A DNA stretch of 64,000 nt from an uncultured Solirubrobacterales bacterium (GTDB taxonomy: Bacteria; Actinomycetota; Thermoleophilia; Solirubrobacterales; 70-9). Location: contig CAVPKH010000001.1 in NCBI GenBank assembly GCA_963705635.1, positions 594,395 through 658,394 on the forward strand, read 5' to 3'. A program made the position numbers and the translations under genes. This document shows, piece by piece, positions 40,058 through 48,583 of the stretch (position 1 is the stretch's first letter; every line of letters begins with the position of its first letter). The notes under the pieces are model-generated. The model did not search any database, had not been told where the DNA came from, and worked only from the letters and a program-made list of their open reading frames with translations.

Positions 40058-40457
40058 GTGCTCAAAACCGAAGTCTCCTCCTCACGCTCAAGCTGGACGC
40101 CCTCGAAGGCATCCTCGGCGGGATCACCCACGACGACCTCTTGGACGTGCAGGCGACGCTGAACCTCACCAACGGTGAGCCGCTCGATTCCGTCGACGCC
40201 CGGTCAAAGGCCTTACCAGCGGGGACCTGACCGGTGCTGTGGACGCCGTCAAAGGTCTGACCAACGCAGAACTCACAGAAACCGTGGCCTCGCTGCCGCT
40301 GGTCGGCACCCTCTGCGAATAGAGTGAAGGCCTGACCAAACAGGTCAACAAAGTCGGCAGCTCGCTGGGGGAAATCTCCCTGCTCGGAGCGGGCGCCATC
40401 CCGGGGCTGGGCCTCAAACTGCCGACGATTGCACCGCTTGGCGAATTCACCTGTTGA
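40058..40457 (+). pseudogene. Decayed or unconventional small ORF encoding VDAVKGLT-type repeats
   Basis: My translation finds coding-like segments in three frames. They are joined by a 2-nt offset at 40201-40202 and an in-frame TAG at 40320-40322, and end at TGA 40455-40457. They read ...LKLDALEGILGGITHDDLLDVQATLNLTNGEPLDSVDA | VKGLTSGDLTGAVDAVKGLTNAELTETVASLPLVGTLCE * SEGLTKQVNKVGSSLGEISLLGAGAIPGLGLKLPTIAPLGEFTC. Confidence 0.35.
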
Positions 40458-40488
40458 GCATCTAGTCGCGAAAACAGCCTCCCGGACC

Positions 40489-40533
40489 AGCGACCCGCGC
40501 GCCCTCGTTGACGCGCGGGTCGCTCTCGTTCTT
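40489..40533 (+). terminator. Intrinsic-terminator-like hairpin downstream of the decayed ORF
   Basis: Perfect 13-bp stem agcgacccgcgcg / cgcgcgggtcgct with a 10-nt loop, followed by ctcgttctt. Confidence 0.5.
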
Positions 40534-40545
40534 AGACTGCCGTTG

Positions 40546-41313
40546 ATGATCGACTCGCACACCCACCTCTTCCTCTGCCAGCGGCCCGAGGACGAGGTCG
40601 TTGCCGCGGCCCGCGAGGCGGGCGTCGAGCGGATGCTCAACGTTGGCCTCGACGCCGAGTCCAACGAGGTGGCAATCGCCGGCGCTGAGCGCCACGAGGG
40701 CGTCTTCGCGACCGTCGGCTGCCACCCGACCGAGGCGGCCGGTTTCGACGATGCGCGGGCGCAGGAGATCGGCCGGCTCGCGGCTCACGAGAAGGTTCGG
40801 GCGATCGGCGAGACCGGGATCGACTACTACCGCGACACGGCGAGCCGGGCCGACCAGCGGCGGGCCTTCGAAGCGCAGATCGACATCGCCCGCGACCACG
40901 GCCTGCCGGTCGTCATCCACGCCCGCGATCCCGACGAGGAGACCGGCGCCACCGACGACGTCTTCGAGATCCTCGATTCGCGCGCCGCCGGTGTGCCGGT
41001 GATCCTGCACTGCTTCCTCGCTCCCTGGCGCGTCGACGACGCGATCGAGCGTGGCTGGTTCTGCTCCTTCTCGGGCATCGTCACCTTCCCCAGCGCCGAG
41101 AAGCTGCGCGAGGCAGCCGCCAAGCTGCCCGACGAGCTCGTCTTGGTCGAGACCGACGCCCCCTATCTCGCCCCGCAACCGGTGCGCGGCAAGCCCAACG
41201 AGCCGGCCCATGTCGTCTCCACTGCCGAGGTCGTCGCCGAGGTCCGGGGCGTCTCCTACGCCGAGCTGGAGCGCACGGTCGAGGCCAACGCGCTGGCGCT
41301 CTTCGGCTGGTAG
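40546..41313 (+). CDS. tatD: TatD family metal-dependent hydrolase/DNase
   Basis: ATG 40546 within track ORF 40429..41313(+): MIDSHTHLF, GETGIDYY, VVIHARD, LVETDAPYL. Confidence 0.9.
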   Translation: MIDSHTHLFLCQRPEDEVVAAAREAGVERMLNVGLDAESNEVAIAGAERHEGVFATVGCHPTEAAGFDDARAQEIGRLAAHEKVRAIGETGIDYYRDTASRADQRRAFEAQIDIARDHGLPVVIHARDPDEETGATDDVFEILDSRAAGVPVILHCFLAPWRVDDAIERGWFCSFSGIVTFPSAEKLREAAAKLPDELVLVETDAPYLAPQPVRGKPNEPAHVVSTAEVVAEVRGVSYAELERTVEANALALFGW

Positions 41314-41330
41314 CCGTGGCAAGGACCCGT

Positions 41331-41474
41331 TCAGAGACCCCTCGCGCCCGCCTGGCGGCGGCGGCCGCGGCGCGGCGCGGCGCCCTCAGTCGGCCGAATA
41401 GCAACCGCTACTCGGCCTCCCTGCGTCCTCGCTCCGCTCGCTCCGGCGCTCGCCAGCACACGCGGAGTCTCTGA
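41331..41474. repeat. Intergenic palindromic element of the conserved-core family (tatD / rsmA spacer)
   Basis: Arms tcagagac / gtctctga; the right arm abuts the rsmA ATG. Blocks: gcggcgccctcagtcgg (41377-41393) and cctccctgcgtcctc (41417-41430), flanking the hairpin ccgaatagc-aac-cgctactcgg. Confidence 0.6.
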
Positions 41475-42257
41475 ATGGGGCCTAGGCTCGGGCAGAACTT
41501 CCTGTCCGACCCGAACCTGCTCGACGCGATCGTCCGCGACGCCGAGCTCAGCGCGGACGACGTCGTGCTCGAGGTTGGAGCCGGTGAAGGGGTGCTGACC
41601 GAGCGGCTGGCCGAAGCCGCCGATCGGGTCCACGCGGTCGAGCTCGACCGGCGGCTGGAGGGGGCCCTGGCGCCGCTGGCGGCTCGGCAGAACGTCAGCC
41701 TGCACTGGGGTGATGCGATGGAGCTCGACCTCGCCGGCCTCGACCCCGCCCCGACCGCGGTCGTCTCCAACCTGCCCTACTCGGTGGCGACGCCGGTGAT
41801 CCTGCGCACGATTGAGGAGCTGCCGACGGTCGGACGCTGGACGGTGATGGTGCAGCGCGAGATCGCCGAGCGGCTGCGCGCGGCACCGGGCAGTCGCACA
41901 TACGGCTCGCCGAGCGTGGTGGTGCAGCTCGCCTGCGACGTGAAGCTGCTGCGCAAGGTCGACCCGGCGGTCTTCCGGCCGCGGCCGCGGGTTGACTCGG
42001 CGATCCTCGGGCTGCGCCGCACCGCGCCCGGCGCCGACCCGGCGACTCGAGACCTGATCCGCGCCGCCTTCGCCCATCGCCGCAAGGCCCTCGCTCGCTC
42101 GCTCGAGCACTTGCGGCCGGGGTCGCTGGCGACGACCCGAGAGGCGCTCGAGGAGCTGGGCCTGGCTGCGGACGCACGTGCCGAGGCGCTTTCGCCCAAC
42201 GAGTTCGCCGCCCTATCGGCGAAGCTGCGCGAATCAAGTAGTCAAGGAAATAGATAG
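41475..42257 (+). CDS. rsmA: 16S rRNA (adenine1518/1519-N6)-dimethyltransferase
   Basis: Track ORF of 260 aa: GQNFLSDPN, VLEVGAGEGVLT, SNLPYS. Confidence 0.92.
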   Translation: MGPRLGQNFLSDPNLLDAIVRDAELSADDVVLEVGAGEGVLTERLAEAADRVHAVELDRRLEGALAPLAARQNVSLHWGDAMELDLAGLDPAPTAVVSNLPYSVATPVILRTIEELPTVGRWTVMVQREIAERLRAAPGSRTYGSPSVVVQLACDVKLLRKVDPAVFRPRPRVDSAILGLRRTAPGADPATRDLIRAAFAHRRKALARSLEHLRPGSLATTREALEELGLAADARAEALSPNEFAALSAKLRESSSQGNR

Positions 42258-42302
42258 AGAACTTGATTCGCGTGGCGCCCTGAGCGCCGTGCCGCGACTT
42301 CG

Positions 42303-43157
42303 ATGCTGACTCACGCCCCCGCCAAGCTCAACCTCTGTCTCTACCTCGGCCCTCCGCGAGGCGACGGCCTGCACGAGCTCTGCTCCCTCTTCGAGCCGCT
42401 CGCTCTTGGCGACCCGATCGAGGTCCGCGAGGCCGAGCGCGACGAGGTCGTTTGCCCGGGCGTCGAGGGCGACAACCTGGCTGCGCTGGCGCTGGAGGCG
42501 CTGCGCGAGCGTGGCTGGCGCGAGCCACCTTTGCGGATCGAGATCGAGAAGCGGATCCCGGTTGCCGCCGGACTCGGCGGCGGCAGCGCCGACGCGGCGG
42601 CCGTGCTGCGGCTGGCGGCGGGCGAAGTGGCGGAGCTCGAGGCGATCGCGGCCGAGCTCGGCGCCGACGTGCCCTCGCAGCTGAGCCCCGCGCTCGCCCT
42701 CGTGCGCGGCGCGGGTGAGCGGGTCGAGCGCCTGCCGGAGCCGGCGCCGCACGCGGTGGTGCTGCTGCCCGACGGTGGCGGCCTCGGCACCGCCGAGGTA
42801 TTTGGCGAGGCGGACCGCCTCGGCCTTGGACGCAGCGCGGCCGAGCTGGACGAGCTGGCGGACCGCCTGCGCCTCGCGGCCGGCGCCGGCGCCTCGCCGC
42901 TCGCCTACCCCGAGCTGCTCGCGAACGACCTCGAGCCCGCAGCGCGCTCACTGCGACCGCAAATCGGCGAGGCCCTCGACGCGCTGCGCGCGGCCGGCGC
43001 GCCCCAGGCGCTGCTCACCGGCTCCGGCCCGACCGCGTTCGGGCTCTTCGAGAGCCTCGCCGCGGCCCGCGCGGCGGCGGCGGCGCTCGACCGCGACGAC
43101 GCGATCGTCTGTGAGGCAGGCCGCCGGCGCGAAGCCATTGAGCGAGAGAGCCGGTGA
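42303..43157 (+). CDS. ispE: 4-(cytidine 5'-diphospho)-2-C-methyl-D-erythritol kinase
   Basis: Track ORF of 284 aa: APAKLNLCLYLG, IPVAAGLGGGSADAAA, TGSGPTAFG. Confidence 0.9.
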   Translation: MLTHAPAKLNLCLYLGPPRGDGLHELCSLFEPLALGDPIEVREAERDEVVCPGVEGDNLAALALEALRERGWREPPLRIEIEKRIPVAAGLGGGSADAAAVLRLAAGEVAELEAIAAELGADVPSQLSPALALVRGAGERVERLPEPAPHAVVLLPDGGGLGTAEVFGEADRLGLGRSAAELDELADRLRLAAGAGASPLAYPELLANDLEPAARSLRPQIGEALDALRAAGAPQALLTGSGPTAFGLFESLAAARAAAAALDRDDAIVCEAGRRREAIERESR

Positions 43158-43200
43158 CGATGAGCGCGATTGAGCGAAGCGCAAAGGGGGTGCTCGGGCC

Positions 43201-44721
43201 TTGAGGCTGCCGGGGGAGAAGGACGGCGGCAACCGCAAACGCCTGCTGATCGCGATCGTCGCCGCGGCGGTCGCCTTCGGCTACTACATGCTCAGCCGAC
43301 AGCTCGGCCACCTCGATCTGCAGGGCCTGCTGGAAGACATCTCCAACACGCTCGGCGCCTGGACCTATCTGCTGGTCGGCGTCTTCGCCTTTGCCGAGAC
43401 CGGCGCCTTCGTCGGCCTCGTCGTCCCCGGCGAGACGGTGATGCTGCTCGGCGGCGCCGTCGCCGGCCAGGGCGCGATCGACATCTACCTGCTGATCGCG
43501 ATCGCCTGGTTCTCGGCCTGGGCGGGGGACACGACCAGCTTCTTCATCGGCCGCCGCCTCGGCCGCGAGTTCGTAATCGAGCATGGGCCGCGAGTCGGTA
43601 TCAGCCACGAGCGCTTCGAAAAGGTCGAGGACTACTTCTCCCGCCACGGCGGCAAGACGATCTTCATCGGCCGCTTCATCAGCCTCGTTCGCGCCTTCGC
43701 CCCCTTCATCGCCGGCAGCTCCGGGATGCGCTACCGCGCCTTCGTCCCCTACAGCGTCCTCGGCACCGGCCTCTGGGCCAGCGCCCACATCCTCGTCGGC
43801 TATTTCTTCTCGCGCAGCATCGAGAGCGCCGCCGAGTACGCCGGCCGCGGCGCCTTCGTGCTGGCGACGACGATCGTCGTCGTCGCCAGCATCGTCTTCC
43901 TCTTCCGCCGCTTCCGGGTCGAGGCCAACCGCCGCGCCGCGGTCGCCTGGATGGAGGGCCACGCGGCCAGTCGCTGGCTCGTCGTGCTGACGCGGCGCTT
44001 CCGCCCACAGCTGCTCTTCCTCTGGGGGCGGGTCACGCCGGGCGGCACCTTCGGCCTCGAGTTCACCACCCTGACCGCGATCTTCGCCGTCGCAAGCTTC
44101 GTCCTTGTCTCCTACACCGTGATCATCAACGGCGAACCGGGACCGACCCCCGGTGACAACACGGCGATCGAAATCGCCGAACGCCTGCAGGCCGGCTGGC
44201 TGACCGGCTTCTCCAAGGCCTTCACCCACCTCGGCTCGGCGGCCGTCGTCGGCTCCCTCGCCTTCCTCAGCGCGGCGCTGCTGGTCGCGCGCCGGCGCTG
44301 GGCGGAGTTCGGCGTTCTGGTCGCGGGTGCGGTGCTGATCGTCGTCGGCGTGCACGAGCTCAAGGACGCGATCGACCGGCCGCGGCCAGGGGGCGGCCTG
44401 ATCGGTGTCTCCGGCTCCTCCTTCCCCAGCGCCCATGCCGCCTACTCGACCTTCTACGTCTGGCTGGCGGTGACGATCGTGATGCGGCTGCGCCCGGGGA
44501 TGGCGCGCGGCGCGGCGGTGATCGCGGCCGGGATCGCCCTGACCGCGCTGGTCGGTCTCTCCCGCGTCTACCTCAGCGTCCACTACCTCAGCGACGTCAG
44601 CGGCGGCTGGGCGCTCGGCGTCGCCGCCTTCGCCCTCTGCGCGGCCGTTGCGCTTGTCATCACCACGGTTCGGCAGAATGGACGCGATGCTGCCGTTGGC
44701 ACTGCAGAAAATCGAGAATGA
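43201..44721 (+). CDS. Fusion protein: DedA/SNARE-associated membrane domain plus PAP2 phosphatase domain
   Basis: Track ORF of 506 aa with a TTG start. DedA part: FAETGAFVGLVVPGETVMLLGG...GKTIFIGRFI. PAP2 motifs: KDAIDRPRP, SFPSAHA, SRVYLSVHYLSD. Confidence 0.85.
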   Translation: MRLPGEKDGGNRKRLLIAIVAAAVAFGYYMLSRQLGHLDLQGLLEDISNTLGAWTYLLVGVFAFAETGAFVGLVVPGETVMLLGGAVAGQGAIDIYLLIAIAWFSAWAGDTTSFFIGRRLGREFVIEHGPRVGISHERFEKVEDYFSRHGGKTIFIGRFISLVRAFAPFIAGSSGMRYRAFVPYSVLGTGLWASAHILVGYFFSRSIESAAEYAGRGAFVLATTIVVVASIVFLFRRFRVEANRRAAVAWMEGHAASRWLVVLTRRFRPQLLFLWGRVTPGGTFGLEFTTLTAIFAVASFVLVSYTVIINGEPGPTPGDNTAIEIAERLQAGWLTGFSKAFTHLGSAAVVGSLAFLSAALLVARRRWAEFGVLVAGAVLIVVGVHELKDAIDRPRPGGGLIGVSGSSFPSAHAAYSTFYVWLAVTIVMRLRPGMARGAAVIAAGIALTALVGLSRVYLSVHYLSDVSGGWALGVAAFALCAAVALVITTVRQNGRDAAVGTAENRE

Positions 44722-44941
44722 GTACCTGCTCTTCGGCGCGGCCGGGCTGGTCAGCCTGACCGCCTTCGTCGGCTTGATCCTGGTGCCCGCGGTCAGCTCC
44801 TACGGGCGGCTGTGGGAGAAGGCCGCCGCCGGCTTCCTCTCGCTCTTCGTCCTCGCCGCCCTGGTTTTGGTCGGTGTCGTCGGCGGACTCGTGGTCGTTT
44901 ACTACTACAACGACATCGTCACTCTCCTCAACGGCAGGTAG
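44678..44941 (+). CDS. Small two-TM membrane protein, hypothetical
   Basis: ATG 44678 within track ORF 44648..44941(+). It overlaps the end of the DedA-PAP2 gene. Confidence 0.5.
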   Translation: MDAMLPLALQKIENEYLLFGAAGLVSLTAFVGLILVPAVSSYGRLWEKAAAGFLSLFVLAALVLVGVVGGLVVVYYYNDIVTLLNGR

Positions 44942-44958
44942 CTGGGGATAATGGGGGC

Positions 44959-46194
44959 ATGCCAGCCGCCTCCAAAGGCCAGAAAAGCCCTGCAATAGAG
45001 GGGGGAGAAGGGACGCTCGACGCGCTCTCGGAAGCGGTCGAATCGGGCGCTGGGCTGCCCGCCATCGCCCGCGCGGCGGCCAAGGTGCTGGACGCCAGCG
45101 TTGTCCTGATCGACCGCTCCAGCGCCGTGCTGGCGGTCGCCGGCGCCTCTCCCGACCAGGAGAAGAAGCTGCTCGTCGGCGGCGAGGAGGTGACGCGGGT
45201 CGAGCTGCGCGTCGCCGACAGCGCCGTCGGTGAGCTGCGTTATCGCAGCACCGGCCCCCCCGAGCCGGCGATCGTCCGCATGGTGACGACGCTGCTGGCC
45301 CTGGAGCTGGAGCGCTCGCGCTCACCGGAGTGGGAGAGCGAGGAGGTCGCGGGGGCTTTCGTCGCCGCGGTGCTGGCCCGGGAGGTGACCGACCGAGGCG
45401 ACATCGTCGCCCGCGGCGCCGAGCTCGGCGCCGACCTCGAGCGCGGCGCTGGGGTGCTGATCCTGCACGCGGCACCGCGTGCGGCGCAGACGGGGGAGTG
45501 GCGGGCGCGGGTGCTGACCCTGGCGCAGCGCGCCCTGCGCTCGCTGGCGCCGGGCTCGCTCGCCAGTCCCGACGGCGAGGAAGCGGCGGAGATCGCGGTG
45601 ATCGTCCCGGCCGAGGAGGACGCGCGGGTCGAGCGCGCCGCGGCTGGGCTGATGCGGGAGCTGGAGGACAGCCTCGCCGGCTTCCACCTGACGATCGGCC
45701 ACAGCCGCCACGCCGCCGATCCGGTCGATCTCTACCGGGCCGGCAACGAGGCGCGGCTGGCGGTCAACGTCGGCGAAGCCGAGGGCCGCCCGCTGCTCGC
45801 CTTCGAGGACACCGGCTCCTACCGGTTGCTGCTGCCGGCGATGAGCGAGGACCCGCGTGAGCTCGAGCGCTTCTACGCCGAGACGATCGCGCCGCTCTCC
45901 GCCTACGACGACCAGTACGAGACCGACCTGGTGGCCACGGTCGAGGCCTACCTCGACAACGACGGCAACGTCGCCGGCACCGCCAAACAGCTCTTCACCC
46001 ACCGCCACACGATCCGCTACCGCCTCGAGCGGGTCAAAGAGCTCTGCGGCCACGACGTCTCCGCCACCGAGGGCCGCGAGAAGCTCGGCCTCGGCCTCAA
46101 AACGATGCGAGTCCTCGGCATAGCCTCGCCGCGGGGCCCGGCCCAGGAACCGGGGGCCGAAGCCGGCAAGGTCCCGCGGTCCGTTGACGAGTAG
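44959..46194 (+). CDS. PucR/CdaR family transcriptional regulator
   Basis: ATG 44959 within track ORF 44812..46194(+), with a C-terminal HTH (NVAGTAKQLFTHRHTIRYRLERVKELCG). Confidence 0.8.
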   Translation: MPAASKGQKSPAIEGGEGTLDALSEAVESGAGLPAIARAAAKVLDASVVLIDRSSAVLAVAGASPDQEKKLLVGGEEVTRVELRVADSAVGELRYRSTGPPEPAIVRMVTTLLALELERSRSPEWESEEVAGAFVAAVLAREVTDRGDIVARGAELGADLERGAGVLILHAAPRAAQTGEWRARVLTLAQRALRSLAPGSLASPDGEEAAEIAVIVPAEEDARVERAAAGLMRELEDSLAGFHLTIGHSRHAADPVDLYRAGNEARLAVNVGEAEGRPLLAFEDTGSYRLLLPAMSEDPRELERFYAETIAPLSAYDDQYETDLVATVEAYLDNDGNVAGTAKQLFTHRHTIRYRLERVKELCGHDVSATEGREKLGLGLKTMRVLGIASPRGPAQEPGAEAGKVPRSVDE

Positions 46195-46207
46195 GAGGGC
46201 TCGGCGA

Positions 46208-46280
46208 TTCCGGGGGAAGGACTCGAACCCTCTCTTCCAAGACCAAAACTTGGCGTGCTGGCCAATTACACCACCCCGGA
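46208..46280 (-). tRNA. tRNA-Gln (anticodon UUG), 73 nt, CCA not encoded
   Basis: Folded by hand. Acceptor stem is TCCGGGG/CCCCGGA and the D stem is GTGT/GCAC. The anticodon stem is CCAAG/CTTGG with loop TT-TTG-GT. The T stem is GAGGG/CCTTC with loop TTCGAGT, and the discriminator is A. Confidence 0.9.
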
Positions 46281-46413
46281 TCGGTTTCGAGCCTAGCGTC
46301 CGCGGGCACAAACCCTCCCTTTTCCACCTCCACGGTGGTCGATGGGGTATCCCTGCTTGAGTGCGTCCGCAGGGGCGCTTAGGGTCCGCAATATGGAGAT
46401 GGGGAGCGTGCAG

Positions 46414-46962
46414 ATGGATCCCGAGGTTCGCGAGGGGTTGCGGCGGGGCTGGAAGGTGCTGATGGCCGTCGGCGTCCTGGCGATCTTGATCGGCTGTGTG
46501 GCGATCGTCGTGCCCGTGGCGGCCGCGGTCGGAACCGCAATCTTCATCGGCTGGATCCTCCTGATCACCGGCGCCTTTCTCATTGCCGGAGCCTTCACGG
46601 CGCACTCGATCGGGACCGTGGTGCTGCGCCTGATCTGGGCGCTGCTGACGGTGGTTGTTGGCGTCTGGCTGATCGTCGAGCCGCACAACGGCACCCTGAC
46701 CCTGACCCTCGTCCTCGGCATCTACTTCCTCTTCATGGGCCTGACCCGGATCGCCGTCGCCTTCGCCGGCCGCGGCCAGCAGGGCGCCGGCCTGGTCGGC
46801 CTCAGCGGTGTTGCCGGCCTGCTGATTGGCGTCCTCGTCCTCGCCAAGTTCCCCAGCTCGGCTGACTGGGCAATCGGCCTGCTGGTGGGCATAGACCTGA
46901 TCTTCGCCGGCTGGACGCTGACCTCCGTGGCTCTTGTCGGCCGCGACCTCGCCCGAAGCTAG
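46414..46962 (+). CDS. HdeD/DUF308 family membrane protein
   Basis: Track ORF 46342..46962(+) with repeated GxxxLxxG helices (LAILIGCVAIV, LITGAFLIAGAF, VVGVWLIVEP, IYFLFMGL). ATG 46414 has ggggag 7 nt upstream; 46393 is also possible. Confidence 0.75.
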   Translation: MDPEVREGLRRGWKVLMAVGVLAILIGCVAIVVPVAAAVGTAIFIGWILLITGAFLIAGAFTAHSIGTVVLRLIWALLTVVVGVWLIVEPHNGTLTLTLVLGIYFLFMGLTRIAVAFAGRGQQGAGLVGLSGVAGLLIGVLVLAKFPSSADWAIGLLVGIDLIFAGWTLTSVALVGRDLARS

Positions 46963-47030
46963 CTGAGCCCAGCGGACCGCATGCCGCATCACTGCCGCGG
47001 CTCGCGCCCGAGTTAGTCCGCCGCACCGCA

Positions 47031-47168
47031 GCTCGCGCGGGTTCTGTCATTTCGCCTCTCGCGCGGGTGGCGTGTATGGAGGGGGTCGAGGACGTACACC
47101 TCGCCCGCAGGCCCCCTTCATGCATGACAGGACCCGCGCGCCTGGCGCCATGACAGGACCCGCGCGCC
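47031..47168. repeat. Three copies of the (A)TGACAGGACCCGCGCGCC motif upstream of glmU
   Basis: Identical direct copies catgacaggacccgcgcgcc at 47123-47142 and 47149-47168, plus an inverted copy gctcgcgcgggttctgtcat at 47031-47050. Confidence 0.7.
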
Positions 47169-47185
47169 CTGACTACGATCCCGGG

Positions 47186-48583
47186 GTGGAGTCTCCCCTC
47201 GTCTTGGTCATGGCTGCGGGCGAAGGAACGCGCATGCGTTCCGCCACGCCGAAGATGCTGCACCCTGTCTGCGGGCGGCCGATGGTTGCTTGGCCGATTG
47301 AAGCTGCTCGCGAGGCCACCGGCGCCGAGTGGATCGTTGCGATCGATTCGCCCAAGCAGAACAGCGTTCCCGGTCTGCCCGACAAGGTTCGGATCGTCAC
47401 TCAGCCAGAGCCGGATGGCACCGGAGGGGCAGTGCGGGCGGCGTTGCCGCTGATCGAGGAGGCCGAGACCGTGCTCGTCCTCTCCGGTGACGTGCCGCTG
47501 CTCTCGGCGCAGACGATCTCGGGCCTGCTCGAGGCTCACGCCGCCTCCGGCGCCGCGGCGACGATGCTGACGATCGAGCTCGACGAGCCCGGCTCCTATG
47601 GGCGGGTCGTGCGCGACGACGAGGATGGAGTCGAGCGGGTTGTCGAGGCCAAGGCTGCCGGCGATGCCACGGCGGAGCAGCTGGCGATCCGCGAGATCAA
47701 CGCTGGCACCTATGTCTTTCAGGCGGCTCCGCTTGCGGAGGCGCTTGCCGGCCTCTCCAACGACAACGCCCAGGGCGAGTACTACCTGCCCGATGTGTTG
47801 CCGGCGCTGCGCGCGGCCGGTCACTCCGTCGGCGCCCACCTCGCCGACGACCTCGCCGTGACGATGGGCGTCAACAACCGCGCCGATCTCGCCGCGGTCG
47901 AGGCCGAGGCCCGCCGCCGCCTCCTCGAGGCTCACATGATCGCCGGCGTCACCGTCGTCGACCCGGGCTCGACCTGGATCGACGTCGGCGTCGAGATCGC
48001 CGCCGACGCCCGCATCGAGCCCGGCACCAGCCTGCGCGGCGAGACCGCGATCGGCGCCGGCTGCACGGTCGGTCCGCTGACCACGCTGATCGACAGCCGG
48101 CTTGGCGAGGGCGTCGCCGTGCCGCATTCCTACCTGGTCGAATGCGAGGTCGGCGACGGCGCTCAGGTCGGCCCGTTCGCCTACCTGCGCCCGGGGGCTC
48201 AGCTCGAGCAGGGGGCCAAGGCCGGCACCTTCGTCGAGATCAAGAACTCGCGAATCGGCGCCGGCGCCAAGGTGCCGCACCTCGCTTACGTCGGCGACGC
48301 CGAGGTCGGAGCGGGCGCCAACCTGGGCGCCGGCTCGATCACCGCCAACTACGACGGTTTCCGCAAGAACCGGACTGTGATCGGCGAGAACGCCCGGGTC
48401 GGCGTTGACACGATGCTGATCGCACCGGTAGAAGTCGGCGACGGTGCCTACACTGGCGCTGGCGCAGTGATCAAGAGCGACGTGCCCGAGGGCGCGCTCG
48501 CGGTGAGCGAGAACGAGCAGCGAAACATCGAGGGCTTCGCCGCCCGCAAGGCGGCCAAGATGGAAGAGGAGCAGACCCCGTGA
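47186..48583 (+). CDS. glmU: Bifunctional GlcNAc-1-phosphate uridyltransferase / glucosamine-1-phosphate acetyltransferase
   Basis: Track ORF 47072..48583(+): VLVMAAGEGTRMRS, and left-handed beta-helix hexapeptide repeats in the C-terminal half. Start set at GTG 47186; in-frame ATG 47150 is possible. Confidence 0.92.
   Translation: MESPLVLVMAAGEGTRMRSATPKMLHPVCGRPMVAWPIEAAREATGAEWIVAIDSPKQNSVPGLPDKVRIVTQPEPDGTGGAVRAALPLIEEAETVLVLSGDVPLLSAQTISGLLEAHAASGAAATMLTIELDEPGSYGRVVRDDEDGVERVVEAKAAGDATAEQLAIREINAGTYVFQAAPLAEALAGLSNDNAQGEYYLPDVLPALRAAGHSVGAHLADDLAVTMGVNNRADLAAVEAEARRRLLEAHMIAGVTVVDPGSTWIDVGVEIAADARIEPGTSLRGETAIGAGCTVGPLTTLIDSRLGEGVAVPHSYLVECEVGDGAQVGPFAYLRPGAQLEQGAKAGTFVEIKNSRIGAGAKVPHLAYVGDAEVGAGANLGAGSITANYDGFRKNRTVIGENARVGVDTMLIAPVEVGDGAYTGAGAVIKSDVPEGALAVSENEQRNIEGFAARKAAKMEEEQTP

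Noticed and set aside
39929-40664. Track ORFs 39929..40162(+), 40062..40664(-) and 40166..40450(-) as real genes in the lactate-oxidase/tatD gap.
   Set aside because: The products are Arg/Ser-rich and motif-less. The only coding-like signal, in repeat motif and codon pattern, is the broken plus-strand frame set reported as a pseudogene candidate.
46208-46342. tRNA-Gln as an integration hotspot with an adjacent genomic island.
   Set aside because: No integrase, no direct repeat of the tRNA 3' end and no compositional island on either side. The neighbours are a PucR regulator and an HdeD-like membrane protein with normal codon usage.
47123-47168. Possible CRISPR-like or tandem-repeat array, based on the 20-nt direct repeat.
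   Set aside because: There are only two direct copies with a 6-nt spacer, no cas genes and no further units. I treat it as a regulatory or repeat motif instead.
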